A DNA stretch of 64,000 nucleotides from Bdellovibrionales bacterium (GCA_050246815.1 JBFWVI010000007.1:17983-81982), one strand, 5' to 3'. Shown: positions 1 to 10,324, numbered from the stretch's first letter. Made by a program: numbers and translations. Notes: a model not told the origin generated them from the sequence alone.

Positions 1-13
1 ACGACTTGGATTT

Positions 14-1024
14 GTGACCCTAATTTTAAGCGTTATCTGCACATGTTCGGCTTGGGGCGCGCCGATTTTGGTCAACGGAGCGGGATCCACCTTCGCGGCT
101 CCCCTCTATGCAAAATGGGCGGCGGAGTATCGTCAGTTAGACCCTTCGATCGAGATCAATTATCAATCCATCGGAAGTGGCGGGGGGGTTCGCCAATTTA
201 TCGCGGGCACCGTGGACTTTGGTGCGACTGACGATCCCATGAACGACGATGAGGTCAAACAGGTCAAAGGTGCGATGTTTCACTTGCCAACCGCAATCGG
301 TGGAGTGGTGATCACCTTTAATATTCCGGGGCTTGAAGTGACTGAGGCCAAGCCGTTACGCCTGACGGCCGAGGTTGTGGCCGAGATCTTCATGGGCAAG
401 ATCACCAAGTGGGATGATGCAAAAATCAAAACCCTGAATCCGGCACTGAAGTTGCCAGCGCAGTTTATCGTGGTGGCCAGCCGCGCGGATGGCAGCGGTA
501 CTACAGCCGTGTTCACGCAGTACCTGTCGGACAATAGCGCGGAGTGGAAGGCGAAGGTCGGCAATGGCAAAGCCATCAAGTTCCCAACTGGGCTGGGCGG
601 CAAGGGCAATGAGGGTGTGACGGGATTGGTGCGCCAGAATCCGGGCGCGATCGGCTACGTGGAACTGACGTACGCCAAAGTGAACAAGTTGCCGATGGCC
701 GCGATCAAAAACGCAGCTGGCGAGTTTGTTGCCCCCAGTCTTGAAAGTTTGACCGCGGCAGCGGCCAACATGAAAAGTGTGCCGGCGGATCTGCGCCTTT
801 CAATGCGCAATACAACTGGCAAAACATCCTATCCGATTGCGGCCTTTACTTATTTGCTGGTGAATCAGAACATGAGTGCCAATAAAAGCGGCAAATTTGT
901 AGAGTTTTTGAATTGGGCCTTGGACAAGGGGCAAACGGTTGCGCCGACGCTCAATTACGCACCATTGCCTGAAGCCGTTTTACGACGGGCGAAGCAGGTC
1001 GTCGCTGGGATGAGCGCCAAATAG
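14..1024 (+). CDS. pstS: Phosphate ABC transporter substrate-binding protein PstS
   Basis: GAGSTF, YQSIGSGGG, DFGATD, RADGSGTT and GKGNEGV motifs; first gene of the pst operon. The frame is open to the window edge, so the true start may lie upstream. Confidence 0.95.
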   Translation: MTLILSVICTCSAWGAPILVNGAGSTFAAPLYAKWAAEYRQLDPSIEINYQSIGSGGGVRQFIAGTVDFGATDDPMNDDEVKQVKGAMFHLPTAIGGVVITFNIPGLEVTEAKPLRLTAEVVAEIFMGKITKWDDAKIKTLNPALKLPAQFIVVASRADGSGTTAVFTQYLSDNSAEWKAKVGNGKAIKFPTGLGGKGNEGVTGLVRQNPGAIGYVELTYAKVNKLPMAAIKNAAGEFVAPSLESLTAAAANMKSVPADLRLSMRNTTGKTSYPIAAFTYLLVNQNMSANKSGKFVEFLNWALDKGQTVAPTLNYAPLPEAVLRRAKQVVAGMSAK

Positions 1025-1031
1025 GAATAAT

Positions 1032-2027
1032 GTGAACGAAGTTGTTGTCGACACATTGAAAGCACCTGTTTTGAATTCACCTGAACTTGTGCAATCGCGG
1101 CGTCGCGAGATCCATCTTGCGGACCGTTTTTTTTACTATGGGCTTAAAGGTGCCGCCTGGGGTGTCGTGCTTTTGCTTTTGGCCATGATTGTTGTGATCG
1201 GTCATATGGCGTGGCCTGCGCTCACGCAGTTTGGGTTGAACTTTTTCGTCAATCGTGAGTGGAACAGCTACACACAAGAGTTTGGCGCATTGGCTTTGAT
1301 CCACGGCACCCTGATGACGTCTTTTTTGGCCTTGTTGCTGGCCGTTCCGGTTGGTGTTGGCGTCGCTCTGTTTTTGAATGAGTTGGCACCCTTGTGGCTG
1401 TCGCGTCCCATGGCGTTTGTGGTGGAAATGCTGGCGGCGATTCCAAGCATTGTTTACGGGCTTTGGGGATTATTCGTGCTGGCGCCCTTTTTACGAGAGC
1501 ATGTCCAGCCGCTTTTTGCCAATCACCTGGGGTGGTTGCCGATTTTTAGTGGCCCCCCGATTGGAGTTGGCTTGATGGCGGCCGGTGTGGTGCTGGCGAT
1601 CATGATCACGCCGACGATCGCCGCAATTTCCAGGGAAGTCTTTCGCGCGATTCCAAGTACCCATCGTGAAGCGGCTTTGGGTATCGGGGCCACACGTTGG
1701 GAGATGATACGTCTTGCCGTCTTAAAAACGGGTACCTCGGGGATCATTGGCGCGGTAATTTTGGGTCTGGGTCGTGCATTAGGCGAAACCATGGCCGTGA
1801 CGATGGTGATCGGTAACCGTGTCGAGATCAATTGGTCTTTATTTGCTTCGGGGCAAACCATGGCCAGTATTTTGGCTAATCAATATGCCGAAGCGGACAA
1901 CGATCTGCATCTTTCAGCTCTGACCGCCGTTGGCATGGCGCTCTTTCTGCTTTCACTGCTGATCAACGGTTGCGCACGGTTTGTGGTTTGGCGTGTGGAG
2001 CGGCGATTCGGCAAAGGGGCGGGATGA
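1032..2027 (+). CDS. pstC: Phosphate ABC transporter permease PstC
   Basis: LAAIPSIVYGLWG, EAA loop (REAALGIGATRWE), GRALGETMAV; operon position. Confidence 0.95.
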   Translation: MNEVVVDTLKAPVLNSPELVQSRRREIHLADRFFYYGLKGAAWGVVLLLLAMIVVIGHMAWPALTQFGLNFFVNREWNSYTQEFGALALIHGTLMTSFLALLLAVPVGVGVALFLNELAPLWLSRPMAFVVEMLAAIPSIVYGLWGLFVLAPFLREHVQPLFANHLGWLPIFSGPPIGVGLMAAGVVLAIMITPTIAAISREVFRAIPSTHREAALGIGATRWEMIRLAVLKTGTSGIIGAVILGLGRALGETMAVTMVIGNRVEINWSLFASGQTMASILANQYAEADNDLHLSALTAVGMALFLLSLLINGCARFVVWRVERRFGKGAG

Positions 2028-2869
2028 AGCGGCTCAGCTTTCAAGATTGGCAGCGTCGTTGGCGCAATAACGGGGCGCGGTTGATGCTTCTTTTGCTTTC
2101 GTTGGCGGCGGTGTTACCCTTCGGTTTCATTGTTTGGCACGTGCTGCGTGAAGGGGCTGGCGCGATTAATTGGGCTTTCTTTACCCAGCTGCCAAGGGGG
2201 CCCGGTGATGCGGGGGGTGGCATGGCCAATGCCATTTTGGGCAGTGTCGTGATGGTGATGATGTCTAGTGTGATTGGTATTCCATGGGGCATGGCTGCGG
2301 GGATATACTTGAGCGAGTATGGGCAGGGGCGTACAGCGACAATTTTGCGTTTCACCGTGGACCTGCTGACCAGTGTGCCTTCGATTATTGTCGGCATTTT
2401 TATTTACGGTGTGGTGGTGGTTCGTTTTGGATTTTCAGCTTATGCCGGCGCTTTGGCCTTAAGCGTGATCATGTTGCCAATTGTTGCGCGCAGCACCGAA
2501 GAGATCTTAAAGCTAATGCCAATCCACATTCGTGAGGCCGGTTTGGCATTGGGGTTGCCGCGCTGGAAAGTGATCTTGAAGTTGGTGGTGCCGGGCTCGC
2601 GCACGGCTTTGTTGACCGGTGTGATGTTGGCTGTTGCCCGTGTGTTTGGTGAAACCGCGCCACTTCTGTTCACAGCTTTGGGTAACCAGTATTTTTCGCG
2701 TTCTTTAGCGCAACCAACAGCGACCATGCCAGTGCAGATTTACAATTTGGCTAAAAGCGGCTTTCCCGATCAAGAGCAGCAGGCTTGGGCCGGTGCTTTG
2801 GTGTTGGTGGTTTTGGTGATCACCATCAACTTGATCACTCGATTGGTCCTTAGTCGCAAGGAGACTTAA
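2024..2869 (+). CDS. pstA: Phosphate ABC transporter permease PstA
   Basis: SVPSIIVGIF, REAGLALG, ARVFGETAPLL; start placed at the ATGA overlap with the pstC stop. Confidence 0.95.
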   Translation: MKRLSFQDWQRRWRNNGARLMLLLLSLAAVLPFGFIVWHVLREGAGAINWAFFTQLPRGPGDAGGGMANAILGSVVMVMMSSVIGIPWGMAAGIYLSEYGQGRTATILRFTVDLLTSVPSIIVGIFIYGVVVVRFGFSAYAGALALSVIMLPIVARSTEEILKLMPIHIREAGLALGLPRWKVILKLVVPGSRTALLTGVMLAVARVFGETAPLLFTALGNQYFSRSLAQPTATMPVQIYNLAKSGFPDQEQQAWAGALVLVVLVITINLITRLVLSRKET

Positions 2870-2872
2870 GCG

Positions 2873-3643
2873 GTGGCGGTGAGTGAAGACAATATTTTGC
2901 GAGTAAAAGATCTGCAAGCCTACTTTGCAGGCTTCCATGCGGTCAAAGGCGTTTCAATGGATGTGCGCAGCCGCGAGATTGTGGCTGTGATCGGCCCCTC
3001 AGGTTGCGGCAAGTCCACTTTTGTCCGCTGTCTTAACCGCCTGCATGAAGAGGTGGCCGGCGCGCGAGTTCAAGGTGAAGTTTGGTTGGAAGGCGAGAAC
3101 ATCTACCGCAGCGGCGCGGACCCTGTTTTAATCCGTCGTCGGGTTGGAATGGTGTTTCAAAAGCCCAATCCCTTTCCCGCCCTATCCATATTTGAAAATG
3201 TGGCGGTGGGGCCACGTTTGATGGGCTTGAAGCGCCGCGCCTTACTGGAACAGCGTGTGGAGCAGTCGCTTAGGCAAGCTGCGTTGTGGGACGAGGTCAA
3301 AGACAAACTGAATCGCCCTGGCACTAGTTTATCGGGGGGACAGCAACAACGATTGTGTATCGCGCGTGCCCTGGCGATCCAGCCGCCGGTGATCTTAATG
3401 GACGAGCCGACAAGCGCTTTGGATCCGATCTCCACGGCGCGAATAGAGGAGTTGATTCAAGAGCTTAAAAACCGCGTGACTGTGGTTATTGTGACCCATA
3501 ACATGCAGCAGGCGTCCCGGATTTCCGACAAAACCGCGTTTTTCTTGTTGGGCTCTTTGGTTGAGTATGGGCCGACCACGCAGGTGTTCACCACCCCTCG
3601 TGACTCGCGGACTGAACAATACATCACCGGACGCTTCGGCTAG
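2873..3643 (+). CDS. pstB: Phosphate ABC transporter ATPase PstB
   Basis: Walker [42 protein letters not shown]-terminal YITGRFG. Confidence 0.97.
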   Translation: MAVSEDNILRVKDLQAYFAGFHAVKGVSMDVRSREIVAVIGPSGCGKSTFVRCLNRLHEEVAGARVQGEVWLEGENIYRSGADPVLIRRRVGMVFQKPNPFPALSIFENVAVGPRLMGLKRRALLEQRVEQSLRQAALWDEVKDKLNRPGTSLSGGQQQRLCIARALAIQPPVILMDEPTSALDPISTARIEELIQELKNRVTVVIVTHNMQQASRISDKTAFFLLGSLVEYGPTTQVFTTPRDSRTEQYITGRFG

Positions 3644-3652
3644 GGGGATAGA

Positions 3653-4327
3653 TTGTTTCGACATTTCGAAACGGAGCTGCAAGATCTTAAGCAATTAATA
3701 TTGGCGATGGGCGGCAATGTTGAAAAGGCTCTGGCGGAGGTCTGCCAGGCGCTATTCGCCAAGGACGCTTCACGACTGCGCGAAGTGCACTCCCAAGAGA
3801 CCAAGGTCAATGAATTGCAAATCGCGGTGGACCAAGCTTGCGTGCAGCTGATTGCCAAACAAGCGCCGGTCGCCAAGGACCTGCGTCTGGTCATTGCGAT
3901 AATCAAAATCAACACCGATCTTGAGCGTATGGGGGATCAGGCCGTCAATATCGCCCATTGCACCAAAGACCTATTTCAGCAGGGCCAAGCGCCCGTCGTG
4001 CCCACCGATATCCTAACAATATCCGAAAAAGTCCGATCCATGGTTCGTGATAGTCTGGATGCGTTTGTACGTCGGGATGTGGCTTTGTCCCACGAAATTT
4101 TAGGACGAGACGATGAGATCGATCAGTTGAAAAACAAAATCGTCGAAGATGCCGTGGTCGTCATGCGACAGACGCCCGCGCAGATTGAATCTTGCCTGGA
4201 GATGATCATGATTGCGAAAAACTTTGAACGTTTGGCCGATCATGCCACCAACATTGCCGAAGAGGTCATTTATTTGGCCACGGGCGATGATGTTCGCCAT
4301 GGCAACGCCGGCGCATCAGGCGTTTAG
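3653..4327 (+). CDS. phoU: Phosphate signalling regulator PhoU
   Basis: Two PhoU repeats (PVAKDLR...DLERMGDQAVNIA; FERLADHATNIAEEV). Confidence 0.95.
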   Translation: MFRHFETELQDLKQLILAMGGNVEKALAEVCQALFAKDASRLREVHSQETKVNELQIAVDQACVQLIAKQAPVAKDLRLVIAIIKINTDLERMGDQAVNIAHCTKDLFQQGQAPVVPTDILTISEKVRSMVRDSLDAFVRRDVALSHEILGRDDEIDQLKNKIVEDAVVVMRQTPAQIESCLEMIMIAKNFERLADHATNIAEEVIYLATGDDVRHGNAGASGV

Positions 4328-4346
4328 GAACCTCAAGGAGGGCTTT

Positions 4347-5105
4347 GTGGCCGTCAGTGAAAAAAGGGTTTTGGTTGTTGAAGATGAGGGTGAGATTCGT
4401 CAGTTGATCGCGCTGCACTTAAAGCGTGAAGGTTTTGTTGTCACAGAAGTCGCAGATGGCGAAGCGGCCATGACCTGTCTTCAAGACACTGTTTTTCACT
4501 TGGTCATTTTGGATTGGATGCTTCCCGGACGAAGTGGCCTTGAGCTGACTCGTTGGATGCGCACACAGCCCCGTTTCGACCGCGTGCCGGTTCTGTTTGT
4601 CACCGCAAAAACAGATCCCGAGCATATTGCCACAGGCCTTGATGCCGGAGCGGATGACTATTTGGCCAAACCTTTCGACACGATTGTTTTGATGGCTCGG
4701 GTGCATGCGCTTTTGCGACGCAACCAATGGTTAAATGAGGGGCCGGCTAAAGCGGCCCCTGTTCAAGCTGCTGAAGGTGCCGCCATGCGCGAGCTCAAGG
4801 CGGGTGGGCTGACTTTACTCCCTGAGTCTTTTGAGAGCTACCTTAAAGGAGACAAACTGGATCTGACCCGTTCGGAATTTCGCCTGCTTGAAACCTTGTT
4901 GGCCAATCAGGGGCGCGTGCTATCACGCGAATCTTTGATCGAGCAGATTCAAGGCGAAGGTGTCAATGTTGTCGGTCGCACCATCGACACGCACGTGTTC
5001 GGTTTGCGCAAAAAACTTGGCGATCACGCCGAACTGATCGAAACCATTCGAGGCGTCGGTTATCGCGTGCGATTTGCCGCGCATGTTGAAACTGGATCGA
5101 AGTGA
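4347..5105 (+). CDS. phoB: OmpR/PhoB-family response regulator PhoB
   Basis: REC domain (VVEDE, LDWMLPG, GADDYLAKPF) plus winged helix (RTIDTHV...IETIRGVGY); GTG start after AAGGAGG. Confidence 0.9.
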   Translation: MAVSEKRVLVVEDEGEIRQLIALHLKREGFVVTEVADGEAAMTCLQDTVFHLVILDWMLPGRSGLELTRWMRTQPRFDRVPVLFVTAKTDPEHIATGLDAGADDYLAKPFDTIVLMARVHALLRRNQWLNEGPAKAAPVQAAEGAAMRELKAGGLTLLPESFESYLKGDKLDLTRSEFRLLETLLANQGRVLSRESLIEQIQGEGVNVVGRTIDTHVFGLRKKLGDHAELIETIRGVGYRVRFAAHVETGSK

Positions 5106-6526
5106 GTCGTCCCGGATCCAATTTTCCCCGCCGTCTTTTTCGATGGTTTTTAACCCAACAAATCGTTTTGGCGGCCGTCGGCCTGGCCATTTTACTGGGC
5201 GTGATCTTACTGTGGCTCGAGAATCAAAGCGGACTTTCGGACGATCAGCTGAGCGAGGGGCGCACCATTGTTTTGGTTTCATTGCTTTGGGCGACAGTGG
5301 TGTTGGTCGGTGTTTCTGTCTTTATGGCCCGTCGCTTGATGGTACCTCTGGGTCGACTGATCGAGAAGACCAAGCGATTGCATTTATTCCCTTTCGAAGG
5401 CGAAGAAGATGTGACCGAGCAGCTGGGTTATGATGAACCTGGCGAATGGTACGATCTTGAGCGCGCTTTGAATGAGCTTGGTCAAGATTTGCAGAATAAA
5501 ACGATTCGCCTGTCGCGCGAGAAAACCGAGCTGCGCACGATTATGTCGGCCTTAAATGAGGGCGTTTTGGCGATCAATCGCGAACGACAGCCCTTGTTTT
5601 ACAACACTCAGTTCGCCATGATGTTTCGGCTTGAGGGCTCTACTTCGTTGGTTGGCGAGATCGTACGTTCGCCCGACGTGTTGGCGGCTTACGAAGCGTG
5701 TCTTCGCGATGGGGCGATCCGCAGTGTGGAAACTCAACTGGAGCCGCCGGCTTATGGACTGCGAAACTTTCGCGTGTCGCTGGCGCCGCTGAAGAAAAAG
5801 CACAATCAAGAAATCTATGGCGCTGTGGCGGTTTTTCATGACATCACCGAAATGAAGAAGGCCGAAAAAATGCGAATAGATTTTGTCGGCAATGTTTCAC
5901 ATGAACTGCGTACCCCTCTGACTTCGATCAAGGGTTACATGCAAACTATTTTGCAAGATGTGCAAAGTGGCCGTACCGATCAGACCTTGGATTTTTTGAA
6001 AATCGTCGACCGCAACGTCGAACGTTTGATGCATTTGGTGGATGATCTTTTGGATCTTTCGGCGCTTCAGGCTGGCGCAGAGCTCAAACGATCGCGCATT
6101 GACTTGAAGCAGCTGACGTCTAGCGTATTCGCGCAAATCGATAGCCGCGGACATCAAGTCGAGCAGCAATTTACGGTCGAATCGCTTTTGGCTGACGAAC
6201 ACAAGGTCGAACAGGTTCTGCGCAATCTTTTGCAAAACGCGATTCGTTACGTGCCGCGCGGTGGTCGGGTGCAAGTGGCTTGGGAGTCGATCCCAGGCGG
6301 TGTGGTCTTGCGCGTGAAAGACAATGGTCCAGGTATCGCTAAAGAGCATCAGTCGCGCTTGTTTGAGCGTTTTTATCGAGTCGACGAAGCTCGCACAAGG
6401 CAAGTGGGCGGTTCGGGCATTGGTTTGGCACTGGTGAAACACATCATGCTTCGCCACGGTGGCCAAGTGCGTGTTGTCAGTGAGCCGGGTCAAGGCTCAG
6501 AATTCATCTGCGAATTTCCGAATTAA
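5102..6526 (+). CDS. phoR: Sensor histidine kinase PhoR
   Basis: Two TM helices, HAMP/PAS-like region, NVSHELRTPLTSIKGY H-box, N/G1/F/G2 boxes (NAIRY, DNGPGI, FERFYRVD, GSGIGL). Confidence 0.9.
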   Translation: MSRPGSNFPRRLFRWFLTQQIVLAAVGLAILLGVILLWLENQSGLSDDQLSEGRTIVLVSLLWATVVLVGVSVFMARRLMVPLGRLIEKTKRLHLFPFEGEEDVTEQLGYDEPGEWYDLERALNELGQDLQNKTIRLSREKTELRTIMSALNEGVLAINRERQPLFYNTQFAMMFRLEGSTSLVGEIVRSPDVLAAYEACLRDGAIRSVETQLEPPAYGLRNFRVSLAPLKKKHNQEIYGAVAVFHDITEMKKAEKMRIDFVGNVSHELRTPLTSIKGYMQTILQDVQSGRTDQTLDFLKIVDRNVERLMHLVDDLLDLSALQAGAELKRSRIDLKQLTSSVFAQIDSRGHQVEQQFTVESLLADEHKVEQVLRNLLQNAIRYVPRGGRVQVAWESIPGGVVLRVKDNGPGIAKEHQSRLFERFYRVDEARTRQVGGSGIGLALVKHIMLRHGGQVRVVSEPGQGSEFICEFPN

Positions 6527-6781
6527 ATTTTTTAGAGTTTGCAAAGGCTATTAACTGCGAGCAGGCAGCCCAACTGTTGCGCCGCTTTGGTCGTCTGACT
6601 GACAAACTTATGGACAGGGTTGACGGGTTTAGGCTTTTCAGAGGCAAAACTGAATGGCGACTCACCAAAATGAAAATAAGAGGGCTTAAAATAAGTTTTA
6701 CCAGTTCTTTAAGCCTTCAATAGCTTAGCGAAAATCAGTCCCTTCAAGGAGTTGGCATGTCTTCTGCTTAGACTGGGGTTG

Positions 6782-8206
6782 ATGCCAAAAGCCTGTTTTT
6801 TATCTCTTATTTTAGGCGCCTTTTTCAGCACGATTACATCGAGCGGCTCGGTGTATGTGGTCACAGAGGTTGGTGCTTCGGACAAAGTCCAGGTAACGAA
6901 TTCATGCGACGCAGTTTTGCTAGGAGCAGAATCTTTGGCTCCGATCAAAGATCGGGCAAGCCAGGAAGAGATCGTTCAATTGGTTGAAGCTTGGGTTCGT
7001 GCACGTAACAAGATCCCTGGCGTCACTGTTTACCCAAATCTTGAGTCAAAAGATTCCTACGAAAGAAAATTGGGGATTCGACTTTCGCAGCGCTTCAAAC
7101 AAAGATTTAGAGATGACTGGATCCAGTTTTTCGCGCCAGACGTGCTTGAGATTTGGCGTAAGGCCGGAGTGAAACTCAAGGTGGAGCGTCCGTTATTAAA
7201 GACTGAACGAATTCGCATTGTGGAAGATTGGGTGCGGGCCGCTTACCAAGACAAGATCGGCCGCTATTATCCCTCGAAACACTCGGAAGATTCTAAAGAA
7301 AAATACATGTATCAAGATTTATCCATTATGCGAGCGCAAAATCCGCAGGGTTTCTTAAAATTATTTTCTAAGGATGTGATTGAAATTTGGGAAGAAACTG
7401 GTGTGATCCACAAAGGGCAGTTTCCCAATGAGGCTCATCGGCTTTATCGTGAACAGCTTCGTCAGCTGGGTGTGCATGTCCCGACGTTGTCCAAAATCTC
7501 AAATTGGGTGATCAAAACATCTCGGCAGACTCCCGGTCGACCACCAATTCCTTTGCGGATGGGTGCCACGTCGAAGGTAGAAAAACAACATCGCGAAACT
7601 TTGGAGGACTTGCATCGCCAAGCTCCGGATTCTTGGTGGAAATTTTTCGACTATGATACGGTTAAAATTTGGAAGGCCAACGAGTGCATCCAAATCTTCA
7701 ACTTTGAAATGGCCGATATTGACGGTAAAATTGCCTTGATCGATCAGTGGGTCACGAACCGCGCCGAAAGCGAATATCCTTACCCGAGTCAACACTCCAC
7801 CTCGCGCTACGAGCGGGCGCTTTATTCTTTTGTCGAAAGAGTTGCGAAAGCCGAAAGGCGACAGGATTGGTGGTCACTCTTTCCGATTCGCACACAGATG
7901 AAGTGGCAAGACGCCGGCATTGCTCGTCCGGTACGACGATACTCTCATGAAGAACAAGGTGTTGAGCTGGTGGTGATTTGGGCCGAGGCTTATTTTAAAG
8001 CAACGGGACTGTGGAAAATTCCGCAGGAGCTGTATGGTCGAGCTCGAACGCTATCGACTGAGGAAATTGAACAGTCACGCATGGGCAGTATCGTGCATTA
8101 TTTAAAGCGCAAATACCGTCATCAGTGGAGTCAAAAGTTCCCGGCTGAAATTGTGGAAAACTGGCGGGCGGCAGGCCATGACGTGGATGGTACGAATCTG
8201 CAGTGA
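6782..8206 (+). CDS. Orphan exported protein with five ~70-aa helicase-associated (HA)-like repeats and a CDAVL motif
   Basis: Hydrophobic N-terminus; repeats of (I/V)xxWV...YP...S...E...W...F......W...G. Start may be TTG 6752 or ATG 6782. Confidence 0.6.
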   Translation: MPKACFLSLILGAFFSTITSSGSVYVVTEVGASDKVQVTNSCDAVLLGAESLAPIKDRASQEEIVQLVEAWVRARNKIPGVTVYPNLESKDSYERKLGIRLSQRFKQRFRDDWIQFFAPDVLEIWRKAGVKLKVERPLLKTERIRIVEDWVRAAYQDKIGRYYPSKHSEDSKEKYMYQDLSIMRAQNPQGFLKLFSKDVIEIWEETGVIHKGQFPNEAHRLYREQLRQLGVHVPTLSKISNWVIKTSRQTPGRPPIPLRMGATSKVEKQHRETLEDLHRQAPDSWWKFFDYDTVKIWKANECIQIFNFEMADIDGKIALIDQWVTNRAESEYPYPSQHSTSRYERALYSFVERVAKAERRQDWWSLFPIRTQMKWQDAGIARPVRRYSHEEQGVELVVIWAEAYFKATGLWKIPQELYGRARTLSTEEIEQSRMGSIVHYLKRKYRHQWSQKFPAEIVENWRAAGHDVDGTNLQ

Positions 8207-8250
8207 TGATTTTCGGTTGGTTTGTCCATTGATATCTATTAATGTAAGCC

Positions 8251-8520
8251 ATGAGCCTAACTGCTTACTTTGCCCATTTGATCAAGCAAGTCGAGCAATC
8301 CGACCAAATCGACAACGCCGGCAAAGACAAAAACGGCTTTTACAAACCCACCCGCAATATTTTGCTAAAGAACCTGAATTTGCTGAAAGACTTGCACGCA
8401 AATCCCAGGGCGAAAGCCATGGTCAAGGCCGCTTGGACCCAAGTGGTGGCCGACCTGCCCAGCGAATGGTTGGTTCTAACTGAGACACAAAAAGCAGAAC
8501 TCAAAAAAATTCTGGAATAA
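8251..8520 (+). CDS. Small hypothetical protein (89 aa)
   Basis: Clean ORF with typical composition; a -10-like box lies just upstream. Confidence 0.7.
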   Translation: MSLTAYFAHLIKQVEQSDQIDNAGKDKNGFYKPTRNILLKNLNLLKDLHANPRAKAMVKAAWTQVVADLPSEWLVLTETQKAELKKILE

Positions 8521-8580
8521 TCCCATCCCCGGCCGGCCGTGAACCGTTGTCCATTTTCACCCCTAAGCCGATAAGAAGGC

Positions 8581-9015
8581 ATGACCGATTTTTCTCTTCG
8601 CCTGAAGGCCTCAGATGAATTGATCCTGCAAATCAGCGTGGATCAAAATGGGACGATCAGCGCGGCCTCATTAAAAGGTGTGGGAGGTCCGGACATGTTG
8701 AAAATGCTGGGGGAGTGGCGCGGTCGTTTAAAGGGAAAACTATCGGAGTTGGCTTTGCCAACTGGCGTGAATGGGCCGGAACTGATGCTGCGCGAGCTGC
8801 TTTTAAAAGCTCGCGGCGAATGGGTCGAGCCTTATCAAGATGAGGAGCTTTGCCACTGTCGTTCGATTCCCACCGCGATCGTGCACCAGGCCATTTTGGC
8901 CGGAGCTCATCGGCCCGAAGAGGTCTCGCGTTGGACTTCGGCTAGTACGGCTTGCGGAACTTGCCGAAAAGACGTCATTTGTTTATTAAAGGCCCAAGGC
9001 CTAAAAGTCGCTTGA
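8581..9015 (+). CDS. BFD-like [2Fe-2S] protein with a degenerate IscU/NifU-N-like N-terminal domain
   Basis: CHC...ACGTC [2Fe-2S] motif; the N-terminus resembles an IscU strand-GC-helix but has GG in place of GC. Confidence 0.7.
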   Translation: MTDFSLRLKASDELILQISVDQNGTISAASLKGVGGPDMLKMLGEWRGRLKGKLSELALPTGVNGPELMLRELLLKARGEWVEPYQDEELCHCRSIPTAIVHQAILAGAHRPEEVSRWTSASTACGTCRKDVICLLKAQGLKVA

Positions 9016-9045
9016 AGCTCTGAGTTTAGAATTTAGTGTCAGTTC

Positions 9046-9627
9046 GTGACCAAGAGCGATCTTTTTGCTACCAACCTTCTTGTGAAAGAAGAGATTTTTG
9101 ATCTTCAGCCGAATCTGCGCGGCTCGCTTTTAAAACTCGAGCCTTTGAAGCCACAAGATTTTGAATCTTTGTTTCTTGTCGCCTCAGACCCTCTCATTTG
9201 GCAGCTGCATCCTGAACCGACGCGCTATCAACGGTCGGTGTTTGAAAAGTTTTTCGATTTGGCTTTGCAATCCAAGGGGGCCTTGTTGGTTCGTGACCTT
9301 CAAAGTAATCTGGTACTTGGCAGCTCACGGTTCTACAATTTGAATTTGGCGCAAAAGCGAGTCACGATCGGGTACACCTTTTTGTCACGTTCATGCTGGG
9401 GAGGACAACACAACGCCGATATGAAGCGGTTGATGCTGACCCATGCGTTTCAGTATGTCGAGGATGCGCTTTTTGAGGTCGGTGAAAGCAATTGGCGTTC
9501 ACGCCGTGCCATGGAAAAGATCGGCGGGCGTTTGTGTGGCCGTATGCAAAAACAGAATTTGGATGGCCTGGCGCATGTGATTTATAAAATTTCAAAAGAG
9601 GAGTTTCTGCAAAGTGGAATTGCGTAA
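9046..9627 (+). CDS. GNAT N-acetyltransferase (RimJ/RimL-like)
   Basis: LEPL, ASDPLIWQLHP, IGYTFL...WGG, NWRSRRAMEKIG. Confidence 0.85.
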   Translation: MTKSDLFATNLLVKEEIFDLQPNLRGSLLKLEPLKPQDFESLFLVASDPLIWQLHPEPTRYQRSVFEKFFDLALQSKGALLVRDLQSNLVLGSSRFYNLNLAQKRVTIGYTFLSRSCWGGQHNADMKRLMLTHAFQYVEDALFEVGESNWRSRRAMEKIGGRLCGRMQKQNLDGLAHVIYKISKEEFLQSGIA

Positions 9628-10324
9628 CATAAACTTTTTAAGTCTTTTGTGGTTCACAATTTTTATTTTGGGCTGTGGCCACTATAAAAAAATGCCCGAA
9701 GTGAACCATAACTTTGAAAAACAAGTCGAAACAAAGGTCTATCGTGGCGGCGAATTCGGATTTTTATTCGAAGGGCACGAATACAGCTTTATTTCTGAAT
9801 TCATCGAACAGGGTGAGTATAATTGTCATTTTTATCTGGGCTATAAGGACAAACAGTTGGCCTACACGTTTCCATACAATTTGGCTGCAGAAAAGTTGAA
9901 GAAAGTCTACAGCGCTGAAATCGGTATCGAAGAAAAAATCAAGCAGGTTGTGGCAATCAGTGAGGCTCAGCACTCGCAAAAAAACGAATGCTCGAAAGAA
10001 ATCGGACAAAAAAATGAAAGCGTGGCAGAAAATGTCATGGCCATAGTGGCGTATAGCCCAATTTTGGCGATTGCGATTCCGATCGTTCCGGTTATGTTGA
10101 TTGAGGGCTATCGCGAGCATGCGAAGGAAACTGAACTGGCCAAGAAACTGCGACAAGTTCGCCTGGGTCTTACCAATGAACAGGTCAACGAAATCATGGG
10201 ATCTTCTTATACGGAGGCAAAATCCTATCCGTTCTCCATACAACAGTTTCGTGAATTGAAGCGAAACCTAGTTTTTGTTTATAAAAACAAAAAATTAATC
10301 GCTTACATCTGGGGTTATGAGTAG
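9614..10324 (+). CDS. Hypothetical lipoprotein
   Basis: Lipobox-like ILGC; C-terminal 'VRLGLTNEQVNEIMG' resembles SmpA/BamE-type domains; visibly AT-rich. Confidence 0.6.
   Translation: MELRNINFLSLLWFTIFILGCGHYKKMPEVNHNFEKQVETKVYRGGEFGFLFEGHEYSFISEFIEQGEYNCHFYLGYKDKQLAYTFPYNLAAEKLKKVYSAEIGIEEKIKQVVAISEAQHSQKNECSKEIGQKNESVAENVMAIVAYSPILAIAIPIVPVMLIEGYREHAKETELAKKLRQVRLGLTNEQVNEIMGSSYTEAKSYPFSIQQFRELKRNLVFVYKNKKLIAYIWGYE

Noticed and set aside
1..13. Pho box for the pst operon
   Set aside because: The upstream region is outside the window and cannot be assessed.
6643..6710. Possible c-di-GMP-I (GEMM) riboswitch (GGCAAAAC...GGGCTTAAA...CCAGTT)
   Set aside because: Lacks the conserved GACGCAAA segment and a convincing GNRA-capped P2 stem.
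6746..6771. Short uORF MSSA with an AAGGAG SD upstream of the HA-repeat gene
   Set aside because: Four codons with no attenuator structure; easily arises by chance.
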